Positions 36,026 through 48,572 of a DNA stretch of 64,000 nt are shown one piece after another. The translations under genes and the position numbers were made by a program. Under the pieces are notes generated by a model, which worked only from the letters and a program-made list of their open reading frames with translations, was not told where the DNA came from and did no database searches. This DNA comes from Lama glama (lineage: Eukaryota), in the NCBI GenBank assembly GCA_028534125.1, contig CM052817.1, positions 102,178,001 to 102,242,000 on the forward strand, read 5' to 3'. The stretch's first letter is position 1. Every line of letters begins with the position of its first letter.

Positions 36026-38709
36026 TAAAAACTTTACCATGCCCTGAAAAAAAAAAAAAGTCCAGGACTCTGGCAACCGGGACCAGAAAGAAAGCCTCTT
36101 AATAGCAAAAATGACCTTAATACTCAGCCAGACTTTCAGTGCTCTTCCACTACCAAACCAGAATCACAATCTGTTCCCCAACTTTGAGAAAATAAGTTAA
36201 TAGAAAGAACATTCTCAGTTTTAATCTCTTCCTTTGCACTATTCTCCCTAATCATATCAGCCATACTTGTCTGCCCGCAGACCCTGGTGGATGGCAGAAA
36301 GAGTGAACAACTGGTCAGAGGAAAAGCACCTGACCGTTCCTGACTTGGGAGTTTGCCTTTTGCACGGTCAGATTCCTCTTACACGGCCAAATTTTCTGGT
36401 AGTAACATTCTTCCTAGTTAATAGGATAGTTTTAAATGGGTTTCATTGTGTTCTTCCAGGGGCAGTTATTGGAGTAAGGGTGAAAAACATCAAAATAATC
36501 AAAACTATCTGTTTTATTTTACATATGTAGTAAGTGAGGCTCAGGCAAGGCTGAGAACATGCCCAAAATTAGGCAGATGGCCCTGGTGTAGGGATGACTA
36601 AATCCGCATGCCGCAGCGCCCAGACCAGCTCCTGACTAAGGACGAGACATGGCTTTTCCATCGGCTGAAGCCCCTGCCGGTTCTCCCCACGCTGGAGAGT
36701 GCTTTTCATTCATTCGCTGAGCCTCCATTTTCTAGCCCTGAAGCTAAAACAAGAAAGAAGCTATCAAAGGCGTTTTAAAAGTATTTTATGAAAAGTGTCT
36801 ATTTTAGAAAAGTCGGTGCAACACAGTAAGAGCCTATGTGCTTGCTATAAAAAGTGGAGACTAAATACCAGGTGTTCTTCCCTTTTAGATCCGTGCCCTC
36901 TTTCTATGGGAAATAGTTTGTCATATACAGCCTTTTTATCCTTTATGAAATCAATATAGTCTCCTAGCTATAATATAAAGGGAGAAAAAGGCAAGTGGGT
37001 TAAAATGAAACACCATCTATTTTGATACATAATGATGGCTTTCCTAGGACATATAATGAGGGAAACACTTGCAAATATTTTTAATGAGCAAGTATGAAAT
37101 TATGAGAAATAAGACACCATTCAATATGCTTTTGTACAGATGTTATACTTTTGTAGAGATTTTATAATAAGGGCCACATAAAGGCACACACACAGAGCAT
37201 CAGCACAAATGCTGCACATGAATGCTTCATATTTGACATTTTCAAATAAGGGTTAATTTAGTGTATATTCATGTGCACACATGCAGAGTCAGCATGCACA
37301 GGGCAGCTACAATGCAGACGGATACAAGCCTCCTGAATTGGTGATGTGATTTTTAACAGGCAACGCTATTGCTATCAGTGATGTATTTCACAAAACAGTA
37401 ATTTTGGTAACCGAGATGATGAAGTATTATCTTCCCTCAGTTTACCTGGTAGTTGTATTCCTGGGGAAATCAGAGCATTTGAAATCAGTGCAAAAATTGT
37501 CTTGTGTTTACATAGGAAAGAGTAAGTTTCTAGATTTGGATAATCATGAGTAGCTTTTCATCTTCTTGAATGTTGAACTCTTCAATTAAAAGGTAGGAGG
37601 AACTCAAATTCTACACTGTGTGGGAAACTGAGAAACAGCCATTATACTAAAAAAGGGTAGGATGCATTAGGAAGTGTGCACAGGGCGTCACAGGAGCACA
37701 GAGGAACACCCAGCTCAGTCCGAACGTGCAGAGGGAAGGCTTCAAGGAGAGGAGGTGGGGTGATGCTTCAACTAGACTAGAACAAAAACAAACAAAGCCA
37801 GCGAGGAGAGTGGAAGTGGACAAGTATTTTGTTATGAGTGAATGTGGGTGTAGGGGAAGGTGGGAGGGGGGCTGGATAGATACAGGAAAGGAGGACGTGA
37901 TGAAAGATTGAAATGTATCCCAAAGTCTTTCAGCTGGGAGTCATATCCAGTTACATTCAGAACACTCCTTTTGGCAGCAATAGAGAATGATAACTTGGAA
38001 AGGGTAAATCAGATGCATTAGGAGGTTGTTAGAGTAACACCGGTAAGAAATAGTGAAGGCTTAAAATAATGGCCAGGGTACTGAGTGAAGAGGATCACAG
38101 AGGTGGATTCAATGGGATGAGGAGACTAGATGGAGAGGGAGGTGAGGGACGAAAAGGAGTCCCTTGTGGAATGGGAAGTGGTAGCTTTGGAGGGAGGATA
38201 ATTCTTTTGGCACTAGTGGATGGGGGGTACTTACTAAACCTAATCCCCATCAGTGCCCACCAGTAACTTGCTAATTACTACCAAGTATAATAGGCATGCC
38301 ACCATTATCGGACAATCACCCCACATCATACCCTACGGACAGTGGTTTAATAACACATTTCAGCAAACTTTTATTGACATCATTGATATGACAGGCATTA
38401 CGTAGACACTAGAAAAGCAAAGTGAAGAAGGCTGAAAACCTGGTCTTCAGCCACCCAGGAGGCATCACAGGAAGTAAGCCTTGGGCAGAAACTCACTGTC
38501 TGTGCTATAACCCTAGCTCCAGCATAACGCCTGGCACAAAGCGAAAGCCCTGTTAATATTTACAGAATATGAAATATCTGATTAAAAGCATCCAAATACT
38601 TCATTAAAGCATCGCTGCTTTCCCTTCTAAAACTTTCCCAGTTTTACTAGATTGGAGGGGAAAATGGGTTCAAGGCAGCATTTAAAGAACTTAAGCATGT
38701 TTAAACACA

Positions 38710-40190
38710 GATGCTGCCTTGAATCCATTTTCCCCTCCAGCCACAGTCCTTTCTCTCTCCATCCTGTTGCAGCTAAACCATTCAAGAGTTTCCACATTAT
38801 CTCTTTCTATTTCCTCACTTCTTACTCCCTCCTTAATCTGCTCCAATCTGGTTTATCACCCCATCACTCCACTGAAAACGCTCTTGCTAAAGTCACAAAT
38901 AGCCTCCATGTTGCTAAATCCAATAAACATTTCCATCCTCATCTGATTTAACCTCACTCAGCAAAGCTCACGACTCTTTACTTCATGATACATTCTCTTC
39001 TCCTGATTTCACCAAACCACCCTCTCTTGGTTTCCCTCCTACTTCGCTAAATAGCCCTCTCGGTCTCCTAAGCTGAGTCATCCTCTTCCATCCAACTTTT
39101 CAGTGCTGCAGTTCTCCAGATGTTTGGTTTTCAATCTCTTCTCACGCTTCTCTGCTTAAACCATTTCGTCTCTGCCCATGACCTCAAACTACCACCCATC
39201 TGCCGACAACCCTTCAATTCCACCATCTGCCCAGAACACACTTTTGAGCCCTCATCCTTTAAATACAACTCTTCAGCATCTCCATGTGAGTGACCACAGG
39301 TCCCTCAAACTCAGTATGTCCAACTCTGAACTGGATGGAGATGTACAAGTCAGAAACCTAAGGGTCATCCTTGCTTCACCCATTTCTTTGCCCAGCCCCA
39401 CTGCATCAGTAAGTGTTGACTCTACACTCAAAGCATCCCCTGAAACATCCACTATTCTCCTTCTCTACTGTGACCACATCTGTCCAAACCCTGGACTATG
39501 CAATAATCTACAAAGGTCTTCTGTGTCCAAACTTGGTCCCTATCTAATCCATTCTCCAACCAAAATCAAGAGTGATCTAAAGAAAAACCAAAAAAAAAAA
39601 AAATACACCTGTTCACTGTTCATAAGTTCTTCAGTAATTTTCTATTGTTTTTTTTGGGGGGGGGGGTATAGCTCTTTGGGGGGTAGAATGCGTGCTTAGC
39701 AAATATGAGGTCATGGGTTCAATTCCTAGTATCTCCACTTAAAATAATAAATAAATAACCCTAATTAACCCCTTCACAAAAAATAATTAATTAAAAAAAT
39801 AAAATGAATAAATTCAACTTAAATTTTTTTCTACTGTTTTAGTGTAAATACCGTTACATCCTACAGGCCCCTGAAGACCTGGGCCCCATCACCTCACCAG
39901 CCTCACTAGTGACACTCCCCTCCCCTCGGCCTCTGTGATGCATCACACTAGCCTTTCAGGTCTTCCTCTGTCGCCTGTGCCTTCTTGCCAAAGGCCCCAG
40001 GCAATGCTGCTCCCTCTGCCTGGAATGTTCTGAATCCCCCTGCCCTGGCACAGGAGATTCCCACCCATCCTTCAAAGCTCAGCTGAAGGGACACCCATCA
40101 GAGAAGCCTTTTGGGTCCAGCCTGAATCTCCTACTCTACACACCCACAGCATCCAACACTCCTTCTCCACAGTCCTCTCCAAAATCACCG
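38710..40190. mobile_element. L2 fragments, interrupted by a SINE
   Basis: ccactgaaaacgctcttgctaaagtcacaaatagcctccatgttgctaaatccaat...ctcaaactcagtatgtccaa...gctccctctgcctggaatgttct. Confidence 0.75.
39656..39822 (+). mobile_element. Camelid tRNA-derived SINE, long form, diverged
   Basis: gggggtatagctc...gtgcttagcaaatatgaggtcatgggttcaattcctagtatctcc, ccctaattaacc module and A tail. Degenerate TSD ttttctaYtgtttt. Confidence 0.85.
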
Positions 40191-40204
40191 TTAACAGGTC
40201 TATG

Positions 40205-40590
40205 GATATAATTCACATACCATAAAATTCACACACTGGAAGTGTAGAATTCAATGGTTTTTAGTATATTCATAGAAATGTACCATCATCAACACAGTCA
40301 ATGTTAGAACATTTTCATCATCTCTGAAAGAAATACACAGCCTTTATCTATCACTTCCCTTTCCAAACCCACCCTTTATCTGCTGCTGCCCTACCCCCAC
40401 CCCAAATATCCCTACCCTAGCCCTAAGCTAACACTAAACCACTTTTTGTCTCTACAGATTTTCCCTATTCTGGACTTTTCATATGAATGGAATCATAAAA
40501 AGTGTGACTGGTTTCTTTCACGAAGCATAATGTTTTCCAGGTTCATCCATGTTGTAGCATGTGTCAGAGCTTCACTCCTTTTGATGTCCT
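40205..40590 (-). mobile_element. L1MB-like 3' end
   Basis: gatataattcacataccataaaattcacac...aagtgtagaattcaatggtttttagtatattcatag...ggttcatccatgttgtagcatgtgtcag. Confidence 0.8.
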
Positions 40591-40944
40591 CAAAATCATT
40601 TTTCCTTTTCAAAAATTAGTTGTCTCTCCTGCTAAAACGTAGTTTCCCTGAGACCAGGAACTAGGTCTCATATTTGTCCTGTCTCAAGTGTTTCAAAAAG
40701 GATCTGTTGAGCTACCAGCAAATCCAAAAAGTGTGCTTGGCTCAGAGCCCCTGCAATATGTCCCGATGATTTTGAGGGTTTTAGAATCCAGCTGAGCTTC
40801 TTTCCATCACTGAGATAATAAAACTCATCCTATAATCTATATCTGTCCGTTTTAGCAATCATTTGCAAATAATTAAAATCTATCAGTGCATCCTTAACCT
40901 TCTTATACACCTTTGAAACTTTTCTTAAACTTTCAGACGTATGC

Positions 40945-41085
40945 AGATCTCCTGAGGATCTTGGTTCAACGCAGATTCTGGTTCAGGAAATCGTAGACAG
41001 GGCCTGAGCTTCCACGTCCCAACAAGCTCCCTGGTGGCGCCCACGCCGCCGCTCACTCCCGGGAACGCACTTTCAGCAGCAGGGC
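40945..41085. mobile_element. MER5-like hAT relic
   Basis: gcagattctggttcagg...gggcctgag...aacaagctccctggtgg...cactttcagcagcagg. Confidence 0.6.
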
Positions 41086-42844
41086 CCGAAAGCGTGACAT
41101 ATTTGTCATCTTCCTCAAGCTTGATGGGGTTGCTGTATGTTCAAACTCAGTGTTGACAATTATTGTCCTGAAGAAGCACACAGTAGGTGCTTTACGAATG
41201 CCTGTCAAATTATTACTTAGTAAATGTATAAATGGCATCCAGGTATAAAAATGCTCCTTGACAAGCAAAAGCCGGTGAGACTGCACGAGCAAGTAAAAGC
41301 AAGGAGCTTCGAGAACCAAAGCATTCAGGAAGAAGAAAGAACTAAATTGGATCCTGAATAACTAAAACTCAGGGCTTAAGAAGTAAGTTACTGAGCTGGA
41401 TGTGAACCAGAATGAAACTGGACCCAGAAAAGAACTTGTGAACATACCAAGCAAATGTGTACAGTATCCGAAAAAGAAAATAAAAAGCCTCACTTGTCTT
41501 TACACAGTGATTACAAGGAGCTAAAGAAAATGAGGATAGACGGGCTGTGGAAAAAATGCAAAGTTATAGGGACTAGGGGAAAAAAAAAACATGTAAGAAC
41601 AAGAAAATGATGATGAAAGGGACCTACAAATCTAAACGACTAAAATGAAATTTTTTTTTGAGAAAATGAATCATGCAGACATTAAATTGAATGACTAAAT
41701 CAAACGAGAAATCTCTTGGATTTCAGGATAAACAGCCCAAATGCCTGCTGTGAAGAAACACATGAACATTGGCACTGGGGGTTTTAAAAGCTGCGACTTG
41801 TCAGTAAATCTGTGAGGGCGATGTGCCTCAGCCTTTGCCTCCAATCAGATGTCTCACAGAAGCCGAGAAGGTAATCTCCCTGAAAGCCCATCCTATTTAA
41901 GATTCAGGACTGTGTTGTCTGCAAATACTGCCCCCTCCTCTGCGGGTACCAAATGGAGGCGGGAGGATGCCCCGCAGTGGGACCTCTTCTGCCCCAGTGA
42001 TCTCACCATCTCCCACAGGTAGAGTCCAAAGATAACCACGGAACTCGATCATTCACTTTTGGCAGCTCTATTTCTTTTTTAATTAACAACGTTTCTAAGC
42101 AAGAGGGAAGACCTCACTGCAGGAAGCAGGTTCCTGATAAGCACACCTTGACAGCAGCAGATAAACAGCATCTCCGGGCCAAGGGAATCGGGGCCGTAAC
42201 AAGTGACAGCAATTATTCACTGCGCTGGGCAACGGGGACCCAATGGGGTCGACCCCTGCAGGGAAGAGGCTGCCCACCAAAGTCATACCAAAGTCGCAGC
42301 TGAATGAAAGGACTACCTACTTTTTGAGAGCTCTAGCGCCGTCAGAGGAAGGAGGAGCTTTGTGGTACATCCGCATCATGCAAAGACTTGAAAATAGCAG
42401 TCCCGGTACCTCCAGTCCCTCAGGTGGCCTTCGGAGGACTCTCCTCTGTTCAAAATTCCTAAGCCAAAGAAAAGCTACATTTCTTCCGGAGGGAGCAATT
42501 TAATCAACCGACATCACTTGTGTTTCCAAATATTGCTGGGAAAGAAAAAACCCTCTAGTAGGAATACAAAACCCCTCCTCTATTTAGAGGCCAAATACCA
42601 ATTATCAGGTCCTCTTAATCATTAAAATTGGAGCTCTGAGGCTGACGCGGTAATTTGGGGAACTTCGCATTCTAACACTTAGCGGCAGCTGAATTTCTCT
42701 TCCACCAGATCACTCCATCATATAACAGAAAACGCATTTCTGCTTCATCAGGCTCCACTTAACTAAAGGAAAACACAGAGCTGGGAGGTAACTCCCAAAG
42801 CCACAGTGCTTAAATGAACCATAACCAATTTTTAAACAAGGCTT

Positions 42845-42944
42845 NNNNNNNNNNNNNNNNNNNNNNNNNNNNNNNNNNNNNNNNNNNNNNNNNNNNNNNN
42901 NNNNNNNNNNNNNNNNNNNNNNNNNNNNNNNNNNNNNNNNNNNN
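42845..42944. other. Assembly gap (100 N)
   Basis: Run of N. Confidence 1.
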
Positions 42945-44389
42945 TGTTTCATCTTACCTACAGCGACACTTCACCTTTAGTTACTTCTTAGTGACAGACG
43001 GCAAAAGCAGTTGTGAATGGCTAACAGAGAACAGGTGTCCTTACTTGGGGACAGTGATAATAACGTAGATCTTTGAAGTTCACTGCTTTGTGCATTTTGT
43101 GTGCATTTTGTGCATTTTCTGTCCGTCTGTGCTAATACTTGACAGTGTAAGGGGAGATGCAGGAAGTCACCTGCGACAGCTCACATGACCTGTATGTGAA
43201 GCACACAAGGCAAAGTGTTGATGCATAAAAGAGGTAAAATGCCACAGGAAGTCACAGGTTACTCCAAGCTACAGTGATTCAACACTGTTCCACTGAGAAG
43301 GTGGCACCTGGGTTGTCTCAAGAGATGGAGAAATTTCAGTCACATAGAAATAAAGGGACAGGGGATTCCACACAGAGAACTGCAAAGGCAGATGCAAAGA
43401 GGTGGAGCCATCTGCAAAGAACAAGGACCCCGGAGGTGGAAAGACTGGGCTTGAAGCTCAGCTCTGTCAATTACTAAAGAGTGACCTCGGGAAAGGCACC
43501 CCCCCCAGCATCAACTTGCTTTCTCTTCATTGTTAAAATGCAAAGAATAAAAACCTTGCCACGTAGGATTCTTGTGATAAAATATATAGCGGAAGCCAAT
43601 CAACTGTCCTACACATTCTATGCAGGGAGCAGATGGAATACTCATGCGCAGCTTGGCGGAGGGAAGTGCATATGAAGGTGGGGAGTGAGGAGCTAGGTTG
43701 GGACTGTGGCCTGGGGTCATATCACGTGCTGCTCTGAGCTCAAACTCAGGAGGACATGAAGAGTATGCAGTAGGAGAGTATGGCCGAGGCTGGACTTCAG
43801 AGGAACTTAATTTGGTCCCGAGAAGGAGGCAGATTGGAAGACTGGAGATAGGAAATCCAGTCAGGTATCAAATAAGTCATGCAAAAAAACAACAAGGGTG
43901 AAAATAAAAATGAGAGGGCCAATTCCAAGCATTAAATATTGCAGATCTGTCAAACTTCGGTCAATCTGTGGACGTTGGAGTCAAAGGGAATGGAAAAGAG
44001 AAAACCAGGTAAAAAGACAAGGCTACTGATATATTTAAAGAACCCCAAACAGGGGGTAAGTTTGAAAAGAAAAAAAAAATGAATGTAATTAAAGTATGAG
44101 GTTCTCCAGGACATTTGATTGTGACTCTAAACATTCAGGAAAATCTTATTGAAATCTTCGAACAATGGTAGAGCACAACCTGACGATGGTATACAAACTG
44201 GATCACTTATTTTGCGTGCAACAGCAAGGGGTAACTGTTTAATGTCCTGAATCTGGCTTAGGCAGACCGCTGTCCTGTTCCCTGGCATGGAACCAGGCAT
44301 AGCGGTAGTGCCTAGTGGACCAGTCTCGGTGAGCAGACAGGCACTGCGGGACGAACACGCCCCAGCATACAGGAGGGCTGTCACCACCG

Positions 44390-44830
44390 TTCCTCATTGT
44401 TTGGCTGTGCAACATCTGACCCCCGCTTCCTCCTATGGGGAAGCTTTCAGTTTGCGCATTTTGACGGGGAGCCAGGTCCTACTTCTCACTGCACAAGCCA
44501 AAGGAGGTCACGTACTCCCTCCCCTCACCCTTGGCAGATGGAGTGCGCACAGGTGTCCGAGACTTGGCCAGATGGAAGTTTTCACAAGCAAACAAACTTT
44601 TGAGCAAGTGCAGCGGGAACAAGGGAACAGAGCAGAACTCGGCCTTCGCGGTGGCACCCGGCAGCAGCAGATCCAGCACATCACTCCTGCAACGTGACCC
44701 CACTCCTCTGGGTGTCTGCCCACACACCTAGCCTAGCTTCCTAGACTTGGGATCAATTTTTCAAACTGTCCAATATCCTTCCAAGAATTTGTTTCCTCCT
44801 TAAGTCAGCCAAGGTCGGTTTCTGTTGCCA
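44390..44830. mobile_element. ERVL LTR (LTR16-like) relic
   Basis: 3' end ccaatatccttccaagaatttgtttcctccttaagtcagccaaggtcggtttctgttgc. Confidence 0.5.
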
Positions 44831-44894
44831 TAGCACTTCAGAACTTCAAAACTTCTCTTAATCAATTTCTTCTGTCTATAATAAAAACCATTAA

Positions 44895-45150
44895 ACAGTA
44901 GGGAGTAGCGAAGACTTTAGACTAGGATTCCCTTAGGCTTGTCCCCGAGCCCTGCTCCTTATTAGCTGTGAGAGCTCCAGTAAATCACTTCACACCCTGC
45001 GCCTTCATTTCTACTTCCGCAAAAATAGGGATCCTAAGAGTTACACACCTCGTGGTGCGTGTCTTGGGAATGCATCTGATAATATAAAGTACCTACCAGA
45101 GGGCTTGGCACATACTAAGTATAAACATCAGTCATGATTATGATAATGCG
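44895..45150. mobile_element. MIR fragment
   Basis: ctccttattagctgtgagagctccagtaaatcacttcac...cttcatttctacttccgcaaaaataggga...gcttggcacatactaagt. Confidence 0.65.
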
Positions 45151-45859
45151 ATAACAATAAGAATGTAGGTGCCCTCAGATAAGCCACGGTCACTGTCTTG
45201 AGCACTTTGGAATCGAATTGAAGAGGCAAGATGCATACATATTCACTACTCCATAAGCAGGAAAGGATGGCTTAGCGCACACATATAGGGCACAGTGGGA
45301 GTCTAGCCCGTGCATCCAATCAACTTATGGAAGGTTCTTTTTCACACTAGCCACATTTATGCCACTGAAATACTGGGCCACACCCTAAGGTCATGAAAAC
45401 CTTTCAACGTTCACCTGAGAACTCATGACAGGCTGAGATTCAAAGAGCAAAGAAGCAAGGGACATTTGTTTCAAGTATGGACAGGGTCACAAATTCGAAA
45501 GCACTCTCCAGCAGTCTGTCTCTGTGTCCCTCTGAGGTTTCTGATCAGACTTGGAGATTCCAGGCAGAATATAAGTAAGATGTGACCTCGGAAATTCCTT
45601 CCTGAGGACTAATCCCACAGGATAAGGAGTTAACTATAGTCTGACAGTCTCTTCTGCGGAGTAGAGGGTGTTGTATAAATTCTTGGGCCTGTTCTCCCAG
45701 CTACAGCCTGAATTACGGATCTTTTTACATCCAAGCAGGAGTAGTGTGTTGTGGCATCTATTGTAGTTCCCTTGTATCATCTAAAACAACACTTCTTAGG
45801 GATCCAATTGCAGCACCATCTCGCACAGCTGCTTTTGGGGATTCGATTTCATTTTTTCT

Positions 45860-46570
45860 CTATAAATTTCCAATTGTTCCAGCAGCATTTAATGAAAAAG
45901 ACCATCTTACCCTATGGTTCTGCAGTGCCACTTCTGAAATAGATCAAGTGTCCCTTTGCGTGAGTCTGGTTCTAGGCTCCCTTCTCTTCCAGATTGATCT
46001 GTCCATTCCCACACCAGCGAGGCACTATCTTAATTATTACGCTTTAATGATAAGTCTTCTTTCCTGGTAGCTCAAGTCCCCTGTTGCTCTTTTTCAAAAG
46101 TGCCTCAGTTAGAAATAAAAATACCATATGATATCGCTTATATGTGGAATCTAAATAAACGGGGACACAAATGAACTTATCTACAAAACAGAAATAGATT
46201 CACAGACATAGAGAACAAACTTATGGTTACCAGGAGGTAAAGGGGGTGGGGAGGGATAAATTGGGAGTTCAAAATATGGACCTCTTGGGGAGTGATGGAA
46301 AATGTGAGCTATCTTGATTGTGGTGCGGTTCACTGATGTACACATCTATCAAAATTCATCAAATTGTACATCTGAAATATGTGTAGTTTACTGCACACGA
46401 ATCATACCACAATAAAGGTTTTTTTTTTTTTTAAAGTGCCTCAGTTAATCTTGGTCCTCTTCATACACTTCAGAGTCAGCTGCTCAAACTCCACCCAAAA
46501 AAACCCTCTGGGATTTTTACTGGGATTGCATAGAATCTACAGGGAGCATTAACATCTTTACAATATGGAA
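45860..46570 (-). mobile_element. Old L1 ORF2 fragment hosting a younger insertion
   Basis: ccaattgttccagcagcatttaatgaaaagacc...ctgggatttttactgggattgcatagaatcta...acatctttacaatat. Confidence 0.7.
46112..46432 (+). mobile_element. Chimeric L1 3'-end insertion with perfect 15-bp TSD
   Basis: TSD aaagtgcctcagtta at 46097-46111 and 46433-46447. Young type-B 3'UTR to about 46278, then an ancient L1M-type 3' end. Confidence 0.8.
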
Positions 46571-47460
46571 AAAGAAAAAGAGTGAACAGACCACAGCTAG
46601 AGTGTGGGGAGAGATTTAACACAAAATTACATTTTGAGTTTTGGCTATGATGGGGGATTGGGTGTTCTATTTACTAAAATAAGACTATGCGCGTAACTTA
46701 AAGAGAACACAAGACCTGGTGATCTGAGAGTAATGACAAAAGACTGACTGCTCATGTTGCTACCCAGATGTGGGAACAATACCCTTTTCTGGATACATTT
46801 TAAGGTGAAGATAAGAGACAAAATTAAAGTTGATTATATCATAAGTCATGCTTGTTCAACTGGTATCGTTTAATACCAGTTAGAACTTTTCTCAGAAAAT
46901 GTCTTGGACATCTAGTATTTTGTGAAAAGGTTAGTTACCTTCTCTTACAATTTCTCACTGCTTATTACTGGTATCTAGGAATGCTTCTGAGCGTTTATGT
47001 TAACCTCGTACAGTGTAGAGAAGTCATCTACTAACTAGATGACATATCTTCTTGAACTTTCAATGCAGTCAGTACCATTGATTATCTAAGTCTCTTCCAG
47101 GATTTGTCATGGCGTTTCAAGGCCCCTGACCCATGAGGACACTGAGATATCACAGTCCAGCCTCAAAGGCCACAGGAAGCTTGGTTCCATTTTTGGTCAG
47201 CTGACTCTCTCTGAGTCCCCAGGCTGCTCCAGCCATCAGTCCTCTTTATCTGCGGAAGCTGGACTCCTAGCCACCACATCCTGCTTCCAGATCATTGCAG
47301 AACCAACGCCCAACAAGCCTAGGTCTTTGACTTCAATTACCGTTCTTTATTCGTTCCACAGAGAAGAGGGTGTTCTTTTTGAGTCTGAACATGTATTTTT
47401 GGTTACTTATTTTATTATTTCATAAAGAAGGGAAGGTGGCCACTGAAAGAACAGGTATGT

Positions 47461-47946
47461 GCTTACTCTTCTTTTTTAATTACTTATTGTAGTGCAGTCA
47501 GTTTACAATGTTGTGTCAATTTCTGGTGTACAGCATCATGTTTCAGTCATACATATACATACATATATTCATTTCCATATTCTTTTTCATTATAGGTTAC
47601 TACAAGAGATATTAAATATAGTTCCCTGTGCTATACAATATAAACTTGTTTATCTATTTTATATATAGTAGTTAGTAGTTAGTATCTAAATCTCAAACTC
47701 CCAATTTATCCCTTCCCATCCCCTTTTCCCTCTGGTAACCATAAGTTTGTTTTCTATGTCTGTGATTCTGTTTCTGTTTTGCAAATGAACTCATTTTGGG
47801 GTTTTGGGTTTTTTTTAGATTCCATGTATGAGTGATATCATATGGTATTTTCCTTCCCCTTCTGGCTTACTTCACTCAGAAGTGAAAAGAAAAACAGTAA
47901 AATGAATAAATTAATTAATTAATTAATTAGCTTGATAATAAAAAAG
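47461..47946. mobile_element. L1 insertion with inverted 3'UTR segment and forward A-rich tail
   Basis: TSD aagaaYaggtatgt at 47447-47460 and 47947-47960. 47461-47881 is a minus-strand type-B L1 3' end, and 47882-47946 is plus-strand A-rich non-L1 sequence. Confidence 0.75.
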
Positions 47947-48107
47947 AAGAATAGGTATGTAGAATAAAACTTCAGGATAATCAGGGGAATTACTGAATGA
48001 GTGTGAGAGAGAGAGTGGAAGCTTCAGTCAGTCCAACCGCTGTGCCCCTAAGCCTGTCTCAACCCTTGTCCACCTTGTTTTGTGCCCTTCAAGGCTCACC
48101 TTGTATG

Positions 48108-48199
48108 TCTGTTAGTTTTTAATGGTAGGTGCTGGGGATTGAGCCCAGGACCTCATGCATGCTAAGCAGGCACTCTACCACTGAGCTATATCCTCCCCG
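48108..48199 (-). mobile_element. Camelid tRNA-derived SINE, short form, inside an LTR33-like relic
   Basis: Reverse-complement SINE head. 16-bp TSD aggctcaccttgYatg at 48092-48107 and 48200-48215. Confidence 0.92.
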
Positions 48200-48322
48200 A
48201 GGCTCACCTTGCATGGATGATGTCCTGACGTCTCTGGGCTCTCAGTGAGCTTAGCCAATAGGAGACAGAGTAGGAGGTTAGAGGGAGAGAGTGACAGGCC
48301 TCCACACAGCTCTCTGGCCCCA

Positions 48323-48372
48323 CCTCTCTCTCTCTGTCTCTCTGTCTCTCTCTCTTCCTCCCTCTCTCCCTC
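48323..48372 (+). repeat. (CT)n-like microsatellite
   Basis: cctctctctctctgtctctctgtctctctctcttcctccctctctccctc. Confidence 0.85.
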
Positions 48373-48403
48373 AGTTCCAGTAACCCAGTAACGGATTCCT
48401 TAC

Positions 48404-48572
48404 TGTGCTTTGAATGCGACTCCCCAAAAGATATGTTCAGATCCCAACCTCTGGTACCTGTGAATAAAACCTTATTTGGACATAGGGTCTTTGCAGATGT
48501 AACCAAGTTAAGATGAGGTCATGTTCAATTAGGTGGACCGTAAATCCAATGACTGGTGTCTCTGTTAAGAGT
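48404..48572. mobile_element. MLT1 LTR fragment truncated by an L1
   Basis: ccccaaaagatatgttcagatcccaacctctggtacctgtgaa...ccttatttggacatagggtctttgcagatgtaaccaagttaagatgaggtc...aatccaatgactggtgtc. Confidence 0.8.

Noticed and set aside
41900..42700. Mildly CpG-enriched stretch as a possible promoter or CpG island
   Set aside because: Enrichment looks weak by eye, and I could not support a TSS or exon signal.
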